Source: Stylophora pistillata
Lineage: Eukaryota
Assembly: GCF_002571385.2 (NCBI RefSeq)
Contig: NW_019217867.1
Location: forward strand, 465,108-529,107
DNA: 64,000 nt
Direction of reading: 5' to 3'
Shown here: positions 52,862 through 62,463 of the stretch, one piece after another
How positions within the stretch are numbered: position 1 is the stretch's first letter
Layout: every line of letters begins with the position of its first letter
Translations under genes and position numbers: made by a program
Notes under the pieces: model-generated
What the model was told of the DNA's origin: nothing
Databases searched by the model: none
The model's input: the letters and a program-made list of their open reading frames with translations, nothing else

Positions 52862-55800
52862 TGTATGTATGTATGTATGTATGTATATACGTATGTATGT
52901 ATGTATGTGAGCTGCAAACAGTGTTTTTCGTGGACAGTTTTGGTTGGTACGTCACGGAAATGACTCATTAAAAAAAGCTCTGCATTTTCAGTAGCTCTCC
53001 AACACAGCACTACTGTTTCTATTAAGAGGAGCAGAAGAGATTTCAAGAAGCTCATAGACAAAAGTCTGGCAACACTGGTAACTCAGTCACAGTGAAAATT
53101 GAAATTTCATCAAAAATCTCTTTGCTTAAAATAGTTATGAAAGGGAAGTACGCAAATTGTAATGGAACAAATTAATTTAATTTTATACGGTAAAAAAAAA
53201 CTGAGTTTTGACTACGAAGCTTGATTGGCACGCAGTTTTAAACAAATTTTTCACAATAAAATTGGAGTCTAAAGACAATGTTGATATTTTCTCTTTTTTT
53301 TAGGTAGTATGTCGACAACGATTCGTATCTATGCGTTCCTGGCAGTTTTAGCCGTTTCCTTTGGACAATCGACGTCTTGCAATTCTGAATTGCCATCGGA
53401 TAGGGACTGGGCTAATGATTGGCACTTGCCAATGAATTTCAGGTGAGGAATTGGTGACTAGAAACTTTTGCTTCCTATTTTAGCCATTTTACGTCTGTGT
53501 TTGTTGGCAGAGTTTCCTCAAGTATGTGGATGTGAGGCTGAAGCCTCTTTTTATTTAACTTGTTTAATTTCAAACTGAACAATTTAAAGTTAATTCCTGA
53601 TATTACTTCACATATTTGTAGGCAACGCAATCACGTCGCTGTACAGTTACTGGTTGGGCTGTAAGAATGATCGCGTCTGGACCCTTAAATGTGGTGCTGT
53701 TGGCAAATTCAACAACGAGAAATGTGTTCGCTGACCGCAGATAATTGTTTGGGAATTTTTTTTACAAAGTACAACGCCAGTGGTTACCACTGGCCATAAA
53801 GCTTCCCGCTGATTCACGCGGCAAGCTAAACATAATTTTTATTTCTATGAATTTCAGGGACTGTGCTTGGCAGGCCCGCGTCTGCCATGTTCGAAAGATG
53901 GCGGCGATGAGCATTTTAATTGACAATGAAGTAACCTGACACGACGTCATGATTTATGAGACATTGGTGCTGGGATCCGGCAAAGCTGGATAATGTGACA
54001 AGTTTTCTCGAAACAGAGAAATAAAAGTGATGTAAATCAACCAATCTCTCGTCCTCTTCCCTTTCTTTAGAATAGTGATTCGCTCGATAATCATGGTTAT
54101 CCAATATAAAAAATACTCTGTTAATTTCGAACTTCGACTATCTTTATCGTAGTCTAGTGAAATACCCACTTAGGGTTGTTCAATGCGGTTGGCTTTCATT
54201 CATTAAACGAGCACATCTTCAGTTATCCTTTAAACGTGAAAAATCCTAGATCTTTGTTGTTTACTGTATATAAACCCAGTCAACGTTAACCAGGATTAAA
54301 TATCCAAGGTTGCACGCTCCTGAATGAACTTAAGGTCTCTCAGATATTGCATAGCAAGAAGTCAAGTTGAGTCAAGTCACGCCGCGAATGAGCTGTCGGC
54401 TTTGATAGACCATAGTTAGTCTAACTATGCATAGACAGAGATTATTGCATGGCTGCGAGAACACGTGAATTTTATGTTCGAGGTCAAGAACAATATATTT
54501 GTGCCACGAGGATATAAACTACATATCTTTGAGTTAACGTGTAATTTTCTTTTTATCTTATAGACAATAAATATAAATAGAAAAGCTGGCTTTCGTACAA
54601 ATACATACCCAGTGCCAAAATTATGTAAAGGTTTACATATGGCACCTTCAGTTAGTCCAAAATACACGAGAACTGGTTTGAATCATTAGATACTTTTATT
54701 TTCATCTTCTTTTCACTACGAACCTTTGAAGGCTGTTCAGCACCGTCAAACAAAACAAAACTTTAGCTTTATCTCGTCGCAACTACCGAGAAATCCATAG
54801 GAGATGCGTTTTGTTTTTGGTGTTCTTGTTCTTTTAAGCTGGTTGTTCGGAAAAAGCTGTCACTTCTTCGTCGCTTACCACAACAGATCTTGCGGCGAAA
54901 ATAAATATTCCAAAGAACAAATAAACTAAATTCATTCTGCAAAGTTTGAAAACACAGGAACGGTGACATCGGTGCTCAATATCGCCATTCTTGTTACAAG
55001 CAAAAAAGACACCACTTGGTTCCCGGGTGTAGTGGTCGGAATTCTACGAGTGTTTTTGTGCACGATAAAGCACTCAGATCCATATGATAGAAGCAAATAT
55101 ATCTACGCACAGGGCGTTTTACACAAATTCGCGGCAAACAAATATGACTTTTATCAGAAAACATTTCGTCGCTGGCTTGCAGGCAATTAATTTGGAGACT
55201 AAGTTAATTTTTTTTACTTATTCTTTCACACAGATGTTGTTTTGCCTCGAAATTAGAATATGAGAAATTTGATAGGAACCGATTGGTTTTTAAAGGTATT
55301 TTCCTTCCTACGTGTTTTGCGTGACCAACACAACCATCTCCACGTATTGTGCAGAGTTTAACATATAATCAATGGCGGATCCAGGGGGAGGGTCCAGGGG
55401 GTTCGGACCCCTCCTATCAGACCTGACGCTTACAACTTTGAGACTGAAATTCTTACATCAACAGGATCATATATCACTGTTTAACTGGCTGATTTTTTTA
55501 ATTAATGAATCCAAGTAAACGGTAAGCGGCCAAGGAATTATAACATGCAACCACGACTAGGGACTGGTGGGAGGGGGTGTGGGGGAGAAGTAATTTGCCT
55601 CAAAAGAGTCCAACAGTCCTTTCTGAACCAAAGTTTCAGGACCCCCCCAATCAAATATTCCTGGATCCGCCCCTGATAATTATCATTGTATTTGGAATGA
55701 AGAAACGAAAGAAAAATGCACAAATAGTTTTGCTCTTACCGAGCGCGGACTCATTATCAGCAGAAGTGATCGCGTAATTTTTTTTGTTTTGTTTTGTTTT

Positions 55801-58800
55801 TTGTTTAATTTTATATCCACGATAAATATGCCAACATAAAAGCTCTCGATGGACTTCCATTCCAAAACATTTTTTAACCATCAACCATCAAATGTCCTTT
55901 TCTCTAACCACCTAAACGGTCTAAACCGCCAACAGTAGTCAAATAAGCTGTTCCATTAAGATACCCCGTTGCTGCCGAAGTAGCGCGGGCAAGAGATGCC
56001 ATGTTTAGTGTGAGAAAACTGGCTGTGAGCCACAACAACGGGTTTCACTGACTGGCTAGAGATCTTGTGGTATTGGGAACCCGTCGCGCTTGTAGATGAC
56101 TGGTACAGTAAGTGGCTACCAAGATAAACCCAACGGGATACAAACTTACTCTATAAATAAACTGAAATGTGGTTCAAAAGCATGATGTGTCATTGAAACA
56201 TATTTAATATTTTGTTCGTGTTCAATCCCTCGCACGATTGCAGTCACAAATTTAAGTCGCACTTTTTCGTTAAATAACCTCTTATTTAGGTCAAATATGC
56301 GACTTTCTTTTCATCCGACATCTAGCTGTGGAAGCGAATCTTTTCTCACTCAGGAATGTCAAGCTTTCGGTTGAAGCTGTCAACTGATATGCTTTAACAG
56401 AGATGTCAAATCTGGAGGTAATTTGAAATGCCAAATCCTTAATGCTTATGCCCATGATACCAAATTAACAGCTTAAAGGTTCAATATATGACATGGTGTT
56501 ATTTTCTCTGTGATGAAAATGCGAAAATCAACTTAACTCTATTACACAGGCGACTTCCCTTTGTGCCTAAATTCTCGAACCCTTGCAAGGTTATAAGAAT
56601 GAGAGCTATATTTGAAAAGTTTTTTTTTTCTTTTTACCAATTTCCCCTGTTTCTTGGCTTGCTTAAAGTTATAGATCGTCAAGTGTCATATCTATAGTGA
56701 CAAATCAGGGATTATGCCTGAGTGCACATCATACTCCCACGTACTCAGACCTGAAATTAACTAGACGCGACGCGGATAATCTCACAGAGCACTTACCAGG
56801 TAGTCCATATTTCGGTGTTATTGAAGTAATTGTTGGTGTCTTCGTTTCAGTGTACTGAAAGAATAAAGTGTTTAACGATTGGTTAACCAAAGGTATCATT
56901 CGTTCATAGGGGCAATTGGAATTTCCAGAGAAAGTCAAAGTGTCACATGAGAAAATGCCTTTCTACTTTATTTAAGAATAATTACCTTATATCTAAAAGT
57001 AACTAACATCTTGTCTACTTCATTTTGAAATATGTCTAAAGCGTAACGTGCAGGCCAAGTTAAAGTTACAACAGTAATACCTACAGGAATATTTATTACC
57101 TTAAATAAACATTCTCCTCGGCAATACACATTTACACCTGTGTTATGCAGCCACTTCCCATCCACTAACACTCGTATGTTATAGCTATCTTCTCCTGACG
57201 GGGAGGGTCTTAAAGTGAGACAAAGTATAAAAGACATATCACTGAGAGAAACGAAAGTTTGTTCTGCTTTGAAAAGTACTGGAATCCGTTGAAATGTTTC
57301 CAAAACTCTTGATCATGAAAAGGACAAAAAAACTGAGAATTTGTGGAGTTTACTGGAAGGTATCGGGCTCGACTTCGCCGATGCAAAGTGTGCTGCAAGC
57401 GTTGTTGAAAGGGAAAGTTTAAAATTGCCAATCTACAATCATCGACAAAATGATGATAATAAAGATAGCTGACTTGTGGTCCTCATCTTCATTTAGGACG
57501 ACACCAACTATTTGTCTGTTTTTTTGTTTGTTTAAATGTTTGTTTTAATTGGTTTTTAGAGCAGAAGGGCCAAAGGTTCATTTGCCTTGATCTAAAAGTT
57601 GCGAAATAGTTCATTAAAGACCAAGGGTGAAGCAATGAAAATTATGTACTGACCTCGTTTGACAAACTATTCGATACGGGGTCGTGTAGTACGAGATAAC
57701 GTCACAAGGTACAACATGGGCGCGAGAGACTGATACAAGGGTGACGTTATTGCCCAACTCTTTCTCAAACTCGTTGAACTGATTCTGTGCAAATCCTGAA
57801 ATGATTAAGATAGGTATCTAAGAAAGGAAGAAAAGATCTACGGTAGTTAAACCTTGCTCAATATCAGAAATCCTGAACTTCTGCGGACAATTTTCCCTAA
57901 ATTCATACGGCTTTAGGTAGTTGCAATTTGTAGTGCACGGGGTATAAGAATTCGTTTGATTATAGATGCTAGCTTGTCTTTCAAGACCAGCCTCTGCGGC
58001 AGTTCGAGTCTAAAACTTGAGCTTTTACAGTAGGGAATTATGAGAGCTTTGTTTTTTGGGAGGTTTTACTGTACTACTGTTAAGTGGTTAATAAAATTAC
58101 TTTAATTAGCGGTAGCGAAAACTTCACAAAAACTTGGCCCATCTTAACATTCCAGGAACTTACATGTGCGAGATGAAAGTTTCATCGAAAGGCAGTACGT
58201 GTATATGCTATGCGACTTAGGAAATGTCACATATTTCATCTCATTAGAATCGTTGTAGATGCAAATATCAAAAACTAGGTTACAAAAATTCACAAGGGAC
58301 AAAAACGTTACAAGGTAATTATACAATAATATTTCTGCAGCCAAAAGTGTCACACGTTGATTTCTTTATTGGATCACAAGCAGCCCTAGCTCACTACCCT
58401 GTAGCGGACCAGGGGAGCTAACTGTTTTTTTTGTCGACTACAGGCCGCTGGCTACCCTCGCCGGGCTTATTTTTGTTAACCAACATACTGTGCGATCGGC
58501 GAACGGGCCCACAAATGTTTCAACTAGCCAAATTCGAAATTGGAAAGCCGATCGATCTGGAGATAAAAGTATCGCTAGTGAAAGATCTGTGGGAGGAATT
58601 GTGAATCGAGTGAATGGAAAATGGAACTGCAACATCTCTGCTTTGATTTTCTGGAGGAATCGAGACTGGTGGTAATTTTTTGGCGGAATTATTCGCTTCG
58701 GGCGACGGACGCTTCTAAAATAGGTTTCCGGCCTTGTCTTTCTTTTAGCAGTTGAACACCAACATAGCGCTAACTCGCCGAAAACGCTTCAAAATGGCCT

Positions 58801-60586
58801 GAGACGCTAGGAATCAACAAAGAAAACAACAAGGCAATAAGGTAAGCCCATTTTATTTCAAAACAAGACATTTTTTTCTCTCTTTTAAGGCAAACCGATA
58901 ACATCCCATACAAACCTTTATAAATATAAAACGTTGCGCAACACGGTAAGAGTCACGTCCGCTTTTCTAGTTGTGAGCTTGGGCTGCCTGTGATTGGATC
59001 GATTGAACCGAACCAACTCACTTCAGTTGAAGCGAAGCAACAAAATGGCTAGACTCGTAGCTTACATCAGCATACCATCAGATAACGCAAAACTGGGTGG
59101 CGGTAAGAATCAATATTTCCTCTAAGCTATGTAACCAGGGGGGCTGATTTCCCCTTCCACTTCTTTTCTATCGCACAGATTTGGATCCATGCCTTGATAC
59201 ATGACCCCCTCTCAACCGATTGATTATGTTCACAAGCGTGGAACACGGCTAGCGGGGGTGTTTTCAAAACGGTAGGGTTATTTTTATCCAAAGAACGTGA
59301 CCCTTCTTAGACAAGTAAGCCCAACATTTTGTCGGTCCTTTTTTTTAGCAAACTTCTTCAACACGTTGTTGGCTTTGCGGGAAGTAACTCGTGCCCGCTT
59401 TTTATCGGACTTAAGCGCAATTAGGAAAAAACTTAATATGCAAAATTGGCTGCATTAGCGATTTCTCCTTATAATTTGGCATGAATTTTAGAGAACTTTT
59501 GTGTCCAGTTCACTTTCTTGTTGTTCCGGCGACTATTAAAGACTCTGAAAAATTCCCGCTTGGCCTACACCTGGCTTACTCGCATAATTTAATATTGTAA
59601 CATCGGTATAGAACTTGAAATGCACAGGTGACTTAATTGGTCTCCAATAGTGAAATTCGAACACCTTCAATAACAGCTTGTCTCACCATGATGCCGCCTA
59701 AGGCCCCAAAAAGAACCCTGCTTTGATTTTGCGAGTTTCTCTAAAGTAGTGACTTCTAAAACTTGCGAACTTTTTGTGCACGAGTTAACTAATCGATGGC
59801 TTACAAAGCATCTAAAAATTTCTGTGTTCGTGAGAGGTAGTTATCTTAAAATCTCAACAAACAAAACAATTAGTTGTAAGGTCACCTATCTGTCTCATGT
59901 CCCTGACATTTAAAGTAGTTATTTTTCAATCGTTCATAGTTAGTAAGAAGTCTGAACAAAGATTTTCAAGCTGATTGTCAAAGAAGTTTTTTTCCGCGAT
60001 TACTTAGCCTTTGGTTGGATATCGCTTCGGTTAAAGAAGGTGTAGTGTGTTGTGTCTGGGTTCTGCACAGATGTCCATGAAACCGGTCAAACAGATAATG
60101 CAAACCAAGCTAGAATTTCTATTGTTATCCCTCCTTAGATCAAAGTGATAATGCGGTCGAAATATATATATCCCAGTCAAAACTGCCGAGGTTTTGATGA
60201 GAGAGGTTGGGTTTTGACTGATTGAAATTTTGCTCACTGATTAACAGCAAAGTTATTTTCTTATTGTGACATAGCAGTAATAAGCCAAATAACTACTGCA
60301 AAATCATCGGCTAACAATAGCAAATTTCAGAATAGCATACCTTCTCCATGTATCGTTAATCTTGTTGCTCCAAGCAAACTTCCAGTTGTTGGGGTAATTT
60401 GAGTTACACGGCCACCTGAAAATAAAACACAAATAAACTCCACATTACTCATTTCCTTGCAGCCAAATCATGTGAGAGGCAAAGACCGGACTTTGTCGAG
60501 AAACTGTTCTTTATACCTTGAGCTACAAATAGAGAGAAGAAAAGAACTGCCACAGACTGAAAAATTTCCTTTTTTCGGTTCTTCAT
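12078..60586 (-). CDS. Giant single-pass membrane protein (~59 exons, ~6,500 aa): fibrocystin-L (PKHD1L1)-like ectodomain fused to a cadherin / cohesin / dockerin (coherin-like) module with a cytoplasmic MYND finger
   Basis: There is a continuous series of minus-strand exons with GT-AG boundaries. I checked phases by hand for the first 15 exons and for most junctions from 22824 to the stop at 12078; middle-exon boundaries are approximate. There is one signal peptide at the start, one TM near the end, and no stop, second signal peptide or second TM in between. Confidence 0.85.
12301..12417. repeat. Minisatellite, 26-bp unit AATTCAAAATGCTCCAAAAAATGTTC, about 4.5 copies
   Basis: Direct tandem copies in the last intron of the giant gene. 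Confidence 0.95.
12935..13520. mobile_element. Two degenerate TTAA-CCC-type MITE remnants (approximately 12935-13067 and 13310-13520)
   Basis: Termini ..GAACGGTTAA and TTAACTCTTTGACCCT....TATAAAGGG, with internal similarity (AAATTCTC..AAATGT..AACAG) to each other and to 4183-4706. Confidence 0.5.
13717..13896. repeat. Minisatellite, 17-bp unit TTATTGACGGCTCT(A/G)TG, about 10 copies
   Basis: Direct tandem copies filling most of intron 13705-13937. Confidence 0.95.
14636..15060 (-). CDS. Juxtamembrane SEA-like domain (G/SILV motif at 14899-14913) and single transmembrane helix (14636-14700)
   Basis: FVFQNDFSKVEGNKDIFVKTIIKDL..IDNVTLARGSILVYFDI, then the TM AAVITVCGVVVLGVITGVAFFF followed by the CRKRVRRAKGK stop-transfer segment. 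Confidence 0.8.
15585..16195 (-). CDS. Dockerin-like domain (duplicated Ca2+-binding loop-helix), split by the phase-0 intron 15664-16063
   Basis: Loop 1 is G-DVNADCVFDIKD-PAFALAY (16157-16195) and loop 2 is M-DFNLNGVLERND-AYLLAR (15616-15651). Both have D/N/E at loop positions 1, 3, 5, 9 and 12 followed by a hydrophobic helix. Confidence 0.78.
16240..16540 (-). CDS. Cohesin-like domain (cellulosome type)
   Basis: ALKANQQITIPVRVNPGKAKLLAFDVKISFDESQIHFVDLKG..HVADLVYD resembles the cohesin consensus (G-x-x-V-T-V-P-V..I-x-x-x-D-F-x-I-x-Y/F-D..L-x-V..A-x-I-x-F). It sits directly before a dockerin-like motif. Confidence 0.72.
16590..17935 (-). CDS. About three bacterial-Ig-like (BIG-type, TMEM132-like) beta-sandwich domains
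   Basis: Beta-rich repeats such as AQVQVDFAMNDSS..LVAFKSSQEDVALVDNTTGVVTLL..VTVTV match the BIG2-type x-S-S-x-x-x-V-A-x-V-D-x-x-G-x-V-T pattern. The domain count is my estimate. Confidence 0.55.
17935..22504 (-). CDS. Seven extracellular cadherin (EC) repeats
   Basis: Repeated xE, A-x-D-x-D-x-G, LD(R/Y/L)E, A/V-x-D and xN(D/E)xxP Ca2+-binding motifs occur across exons 21919-22504, 21427-21627, 20601-20871, 19659-20047, 18892-19192 and 17816-18490 (boundaries approximate). Confidence 0.95.
20233..20440. mobile_element. Degenerate MITE with GGCCCGTT..TCGAAAGTC-type TIRs
   Basis: Left AGAGCCTGTTGCTTCGAAAGTC and right GACTTTCGAGTAACGGGCCTCT form an imperfect inverted repeat. Confidence 0.45.
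22824..25913 (-). CDS. Four tandem ~110-aa Ig-like 'QP' repeats
   Basis: Each repeat starts N-E/D/Q-T/S-V-P-F/C-x-x-Q-P-x-L/V and contains W-x-x-x-x-S, G..A/E/V-x-F-x-N/D-L/F, Y-x-L/M and F-x-V. Exons are approximately 25687-25913, 24652-25040, 23759-23943 and 22824-23464. Confidence 0.8.
24333..24623. mobile_element. Double-hairpin interspersed element, copy 1
   Basis: Inverted repeat TAGTATAATTTCAGAGCTGA...TCAGCTCTGAAATTATACTA (24333-24517) abuts a second palindrome AACAATTATTCGCCTCAGGTTCGGTGAATATTGTCGAATA...TATTCGACAATATTCACCGAACCTGAGGCGAATAATTGTT (24519-24623). Confidence 0.85.
26081..27184 (-). CDS. Fibrocystin-type C-terminal region with a SEA-like domain containing a polybasic (furin-type) site
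   Basis: NLIQNLASLLNIDESRIRVVEIVNAAGKNRRRRRASDDEVMTVTIEIG; RRRRR lies at 26497-26511. Confidence 0.8.
27790..37690 (-). CDS. Two G8 domains, each followed by parallel beta-helix (PbH1) regions
   Basis: G8-1 is WSSPYTWG..PEKGDGVVIPKGQTMLLDVDTP..GKLQVGTENTPF..GTKVLAVREGTLDLHG, followed by RAEVGLLTRN, GRYPIHFH and HAFFIEDGIETGN..PATFWVTNPNN. G8-2 is MVADTEIP..LFIYGTLE..GNLIIGWEDQP..GSKAI, followed by AEVGLLTRNIVIKG and INPSDCIDMDCDG. These are fibrocystin-family hallmarks. Confidence 0.92.
29861..30152. mobile_element. Double-hairpin interspersed element, copy 2
   Basis: Highly similar to 24333-24623 over its full length, same orientation, in a different intron. Confidence 0.85.
37690..42807 (-). 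CDS. IPT/TIG domains 4-14 with an intervening cupredoxin-like insert
   Basis: Eleven repeats of the pattern P-x-I-x-S-I/V-x-P-x-x-G..GG..L-T-I-x-G-x-G-F..V-x-I-G..C..I-x-C-x-T occur in ORFs 41716-42807, 40271-40864, 39113-39910, 38251-38949 and 37269-37799. The insert is YAWNPQTIAINAGDSIKWQW..FKLPGTYFYSSG. Confidence 0.9.
43119..48343 (-). CDS. PA14 domain and following linker region of the giant gene
   Basis: RLRGFFIPPSDNNYTFYIQADDLAELYLS and LRKGQYYYLETVHVQGGG..VGV are PA14 signatures. They are followed by TGSAVNEKQQI and CGRFSLKNP, as in PKHD1L1/PKHD1. Confidence 0.85.
44881..45310. mobile_element. Hairpin-bearing interspersed repeat
   Basis: Inverted repeat GGGCCGGACGGGAAATTATTTGGCTC...GAGCCAAATATTTCCGTCCGGCCC (about 44898-44999), with additional GGCCGGA motifs to 45310. 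GC-rich island in an intron. Confidence 0.65.
45873..45912. repeat. Short tandem repeat, 10-bp unit TAGCATATAT x4
   Basis: Directly visible. Confidence 0.85.
48513..57795 (-). CDS. Exons 3-11 of the giant gene: IPT/TIG domains 1-3 (57654-57795, 57100-57208, 56797-56854, 50876-50963, 50399-50452, 50196-50269, 49861-49971, 49641-49751, 48513-48605)
   Basis: The exons translate to GFAQNQFNEFEKELGNNVTLVS..PCDV..IVCQTR, EDSYNIRVLVDG, TPTITSITPKYGLPG, LLEIRGRMFTD, YGRS..KLYLFQSHA and VSPAVGSTAGGTVLTIKGKGFD. These are collinear with the PKHD1L1 N-terminus and phase-compatible. Confidence 0.88.
48757..49300 (-). mobile_element. tRNA-derived SINE (body mostly in the N gap)
   Basis: The reverse complement of 49232-49300 reads ACCGCCTCCCGGT-TAGCTCAATGG-ATAGAGCGCTGGACTGTTGTGCGGGAGGTCGAG-GGTTCGAGCC, i.e. 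Pol III A and B boxes without a canonical anticodon arm. An A-rich repeated tail (CTAAATTAAA) follows the gap. Confidence 0.65.
51862..51920. other. Near-perfect 59-nt hairpin (27-bp stem, 5-nt loop)
   Basis: TCCG-TCTTACTTTGTCTAATTACATGG-ATGAC-CCATGTAATTAGACAAAGTAAGA-TGGA; 23 perfect pairs plus 3 more beyond a G:T. Confidence 0.9.
52088..52500. mobile_element. MITE-like element with imperfect long TIRs
   Basis: The left end ATAGGGGAATCCTTGTTTACAATATTTGCCTCATTAGCATA resembles the reverse complement of the right end, ATAGGCGGATTC..TTGTTTACATTTTTGCTCATTTGCATA. Confidence 0.5.
52820..52908. repeat. (TATG)n microsatellite
   Basis: Directly visible, with two interruptions. Confidence 0.97.
53309..53734 (+). 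pseudogene. Nested antisense dermatopontin / hemagglutinin-amebocyte aggregation factor-like secreted protein, truncated (exons 53309-53442, 53511-53521, 53622-53734; degenerate remnant to ~53900)
   Basis: The spliced product is MSTTIRIYAFLAVLAVSFGQSTSCNSELPSDRDWANDWHLPMNFRVSSSNAITSLYSYWLGCKNDRVWTLKCGAVGKFNNEKCVR*. It has a signal peptide plus one W-x-N-D-W..N-F..I-x-S-x-x-S..D-R-x-W-x-x-x-C repeat. The TGA falls where a Trp is expected, and a further acceptor at 53857 leads to RDCAWQARVCH. Confidence 0.65.
55370..55675. mobile_element. MITE with CAxxGGCGGATCCAG terminal inverted repeats (hAT-like termini)
   Basis: CAATGGCGGATCCAGG ... CCTGGATCCGCCCCTG. Both flanks carry ATAAT, but there is no clean 8-bp TSD, so it may be two half-elements. 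Confidence 0.55.
60341..60586 (-). CDS. Exons 1-2 of the giant gene: signal peptide and start of IPT/TIG-1
   Basis: 60586-60517 encodes MKNRKKEIFQSVAVLFFSLFVAQ(G), a basic n-region plus hydrophobic core. It splices in phase 1 to 60415-60341 GRVTQITPTTGSLLGATRLTIHGE(G), which resembles the PKHD1L1 start (GSINGATRLTIRGEG). Neither exon is in the ORF track. Confidence 0.85.
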
Positions 60587-62260
60587 CTCGTGGTATAGGC
60601 TTTGTCAGCAAAATCGACTGGATGCTCTCTTGAGCAAAGCTGTGTGATTTTCCTCCGGATATCGCTTGCTTCTGCTGTTCAATTAACCGATCTAAAAACG
60701 TGATTCAAAGATTGACAAGTTGGTTGCAGCTTAGTGGGCAATTAACGCACTGTGGCGTAAAAGGTCAAATCCAATTGTGCTTTGCACTTCAATTGTCAGA
60801 GTTATCTCTGAAGGTCTTGTCCCAAATTGCTCACTCACTTATTGCGTGATACGAGTCAGAGACCATTAAGTATATCTGAAGGATGTTTACATAGCGTGTT
60901 GGGTTAAATATGATTTTGTTTACAAAGAGATCAACCCGGTCAAGACGCAGGAGTTTGTATTTTCATTGGAGCTTCCCAGGCCACTGGAGTGACTAGAGAA
61001 CAGCTGAGTTGGTAGTGATGTTATTGCGTCAAACTCATAGATATGCTCGAGACATTAAGTGCACCTAAGTACCCCATTAGATTAAGAAAACAGAAAGAAC
61101 GTGGTGTAGCATATGACAACGACATCTTGGTTTGGAGGTCTGCCTCGGCGCACGTAAAATAAACGATCCCAAAAAAGACGCGCAAATTAAGAACCATGCA
61201 AAGTGCACTTGTATGTAGAATTAGTTGGGTAAATCTTTTGAGTGTTATCTCAAATTGGTTTAAGGTCTTTGTGATTTTACATGCTCAAAGTGGAGAACAA
61301 CAGAACTGTAGTGGATATGAAGTCTGATAGCATTACAATGATGACGTCACCATCATAGAATTCGAATGTATTGGAAACAATTTTGCAAGTTCAGGGTCAT
61401 TTCTGCGGCTTTGTGAAAAAAATACTAATAAAAAAGATATTTATCACTTGTTAGTAGCCGGTTTTTTTTTTTTTAATCCACGAATGTACTTTTATCTCTT
61501 AATCACGTTTAAGCCGAGAAATAAGATTTCCAGAGAACAAGAGCCTACAAAGTTAGGCGTCTGCTAAAGATCAACTGATAAAAGGTTTATTTTTCCGCAA
61601 ATCTTATTTGAAATAAGTTTTTCGCTCTTGATCATCTGCACTCAAAATTTTTTACCTCTATTTAAGACGAGAAAGAAATTTAGGGCAGTCCCTTGTGTTT
61701 TAAAACCGTCGTTCAGTTGTAGTAATGATCATATGCATCACAACTAGGCGGGAATACATTTTGCAATCTACTGAGGAAGAACTGCTATCACTAACCCAGA
61801 TACTGCTGAGTAAGGAAAAAAAACATAACCCTTTACTCTGTAATCCTTCAAAAAGTATTTTCATGAGATAAAACAATACTTGTGAACGACCTCAAATACG
61901 TTAGGAAACGTCCTTCAAAAACTCTCTCACAGTGCACGGCAAGACTCCCTCTCTCTCACCTTTAAAAAATAATGGTAGTTTATCGCGTATCAAAAGAGGA
62001 TTCCTCAATAACAGCAAGATTCAACAAATGATGAAGCTGCACTAATATTTACAAATACCTGTGTGCTTACTAGTTCTTGGCTGGTACGACGTGACAGTAC
62101 TTTTCGTCGAATGGAATCTGCACACGAGTCAATCAGGATACTAACAACTCTACTTCTAACATTTTGAGGCACCATGCTCCGAGTGTGATAATGTCCGAAT
62201 CCAGCCTTTTGAGTATGAAATGCTGTAGGTTAGGAAATATCCACAAGCAAAAACAGCAAA

Positions 62261-62463
62261 GAAGCTACCTTTCTATAACATCAAGAAATGGTTAGATATT
62301 CTAGTCTTCTCGGATAAGGACGAATAAACGGAGGTCCAGTCTCTTGCAGGGTTAGGGGTAGGAGACGTTAATTTCCCACACACGAGATTACTGTGTGATG
62401 GAGATCCTCCCCTGGGGTGGGATGGGTGGGAAGATAGCAGGTCCACATCAGTAAATAGCTGCC
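62261..62463 (+). mobile_element. Probable SINE central-domain fragment next to the N gap
   Basis: AAATGGTTAGATATTCTAGTCTTCTCGGATAAGGACG..AAAC..AGG resembles a conserved core I associate with invertebrate tRNA-SINEs. Recalled from memory, not verified. Confidence 0.4.
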
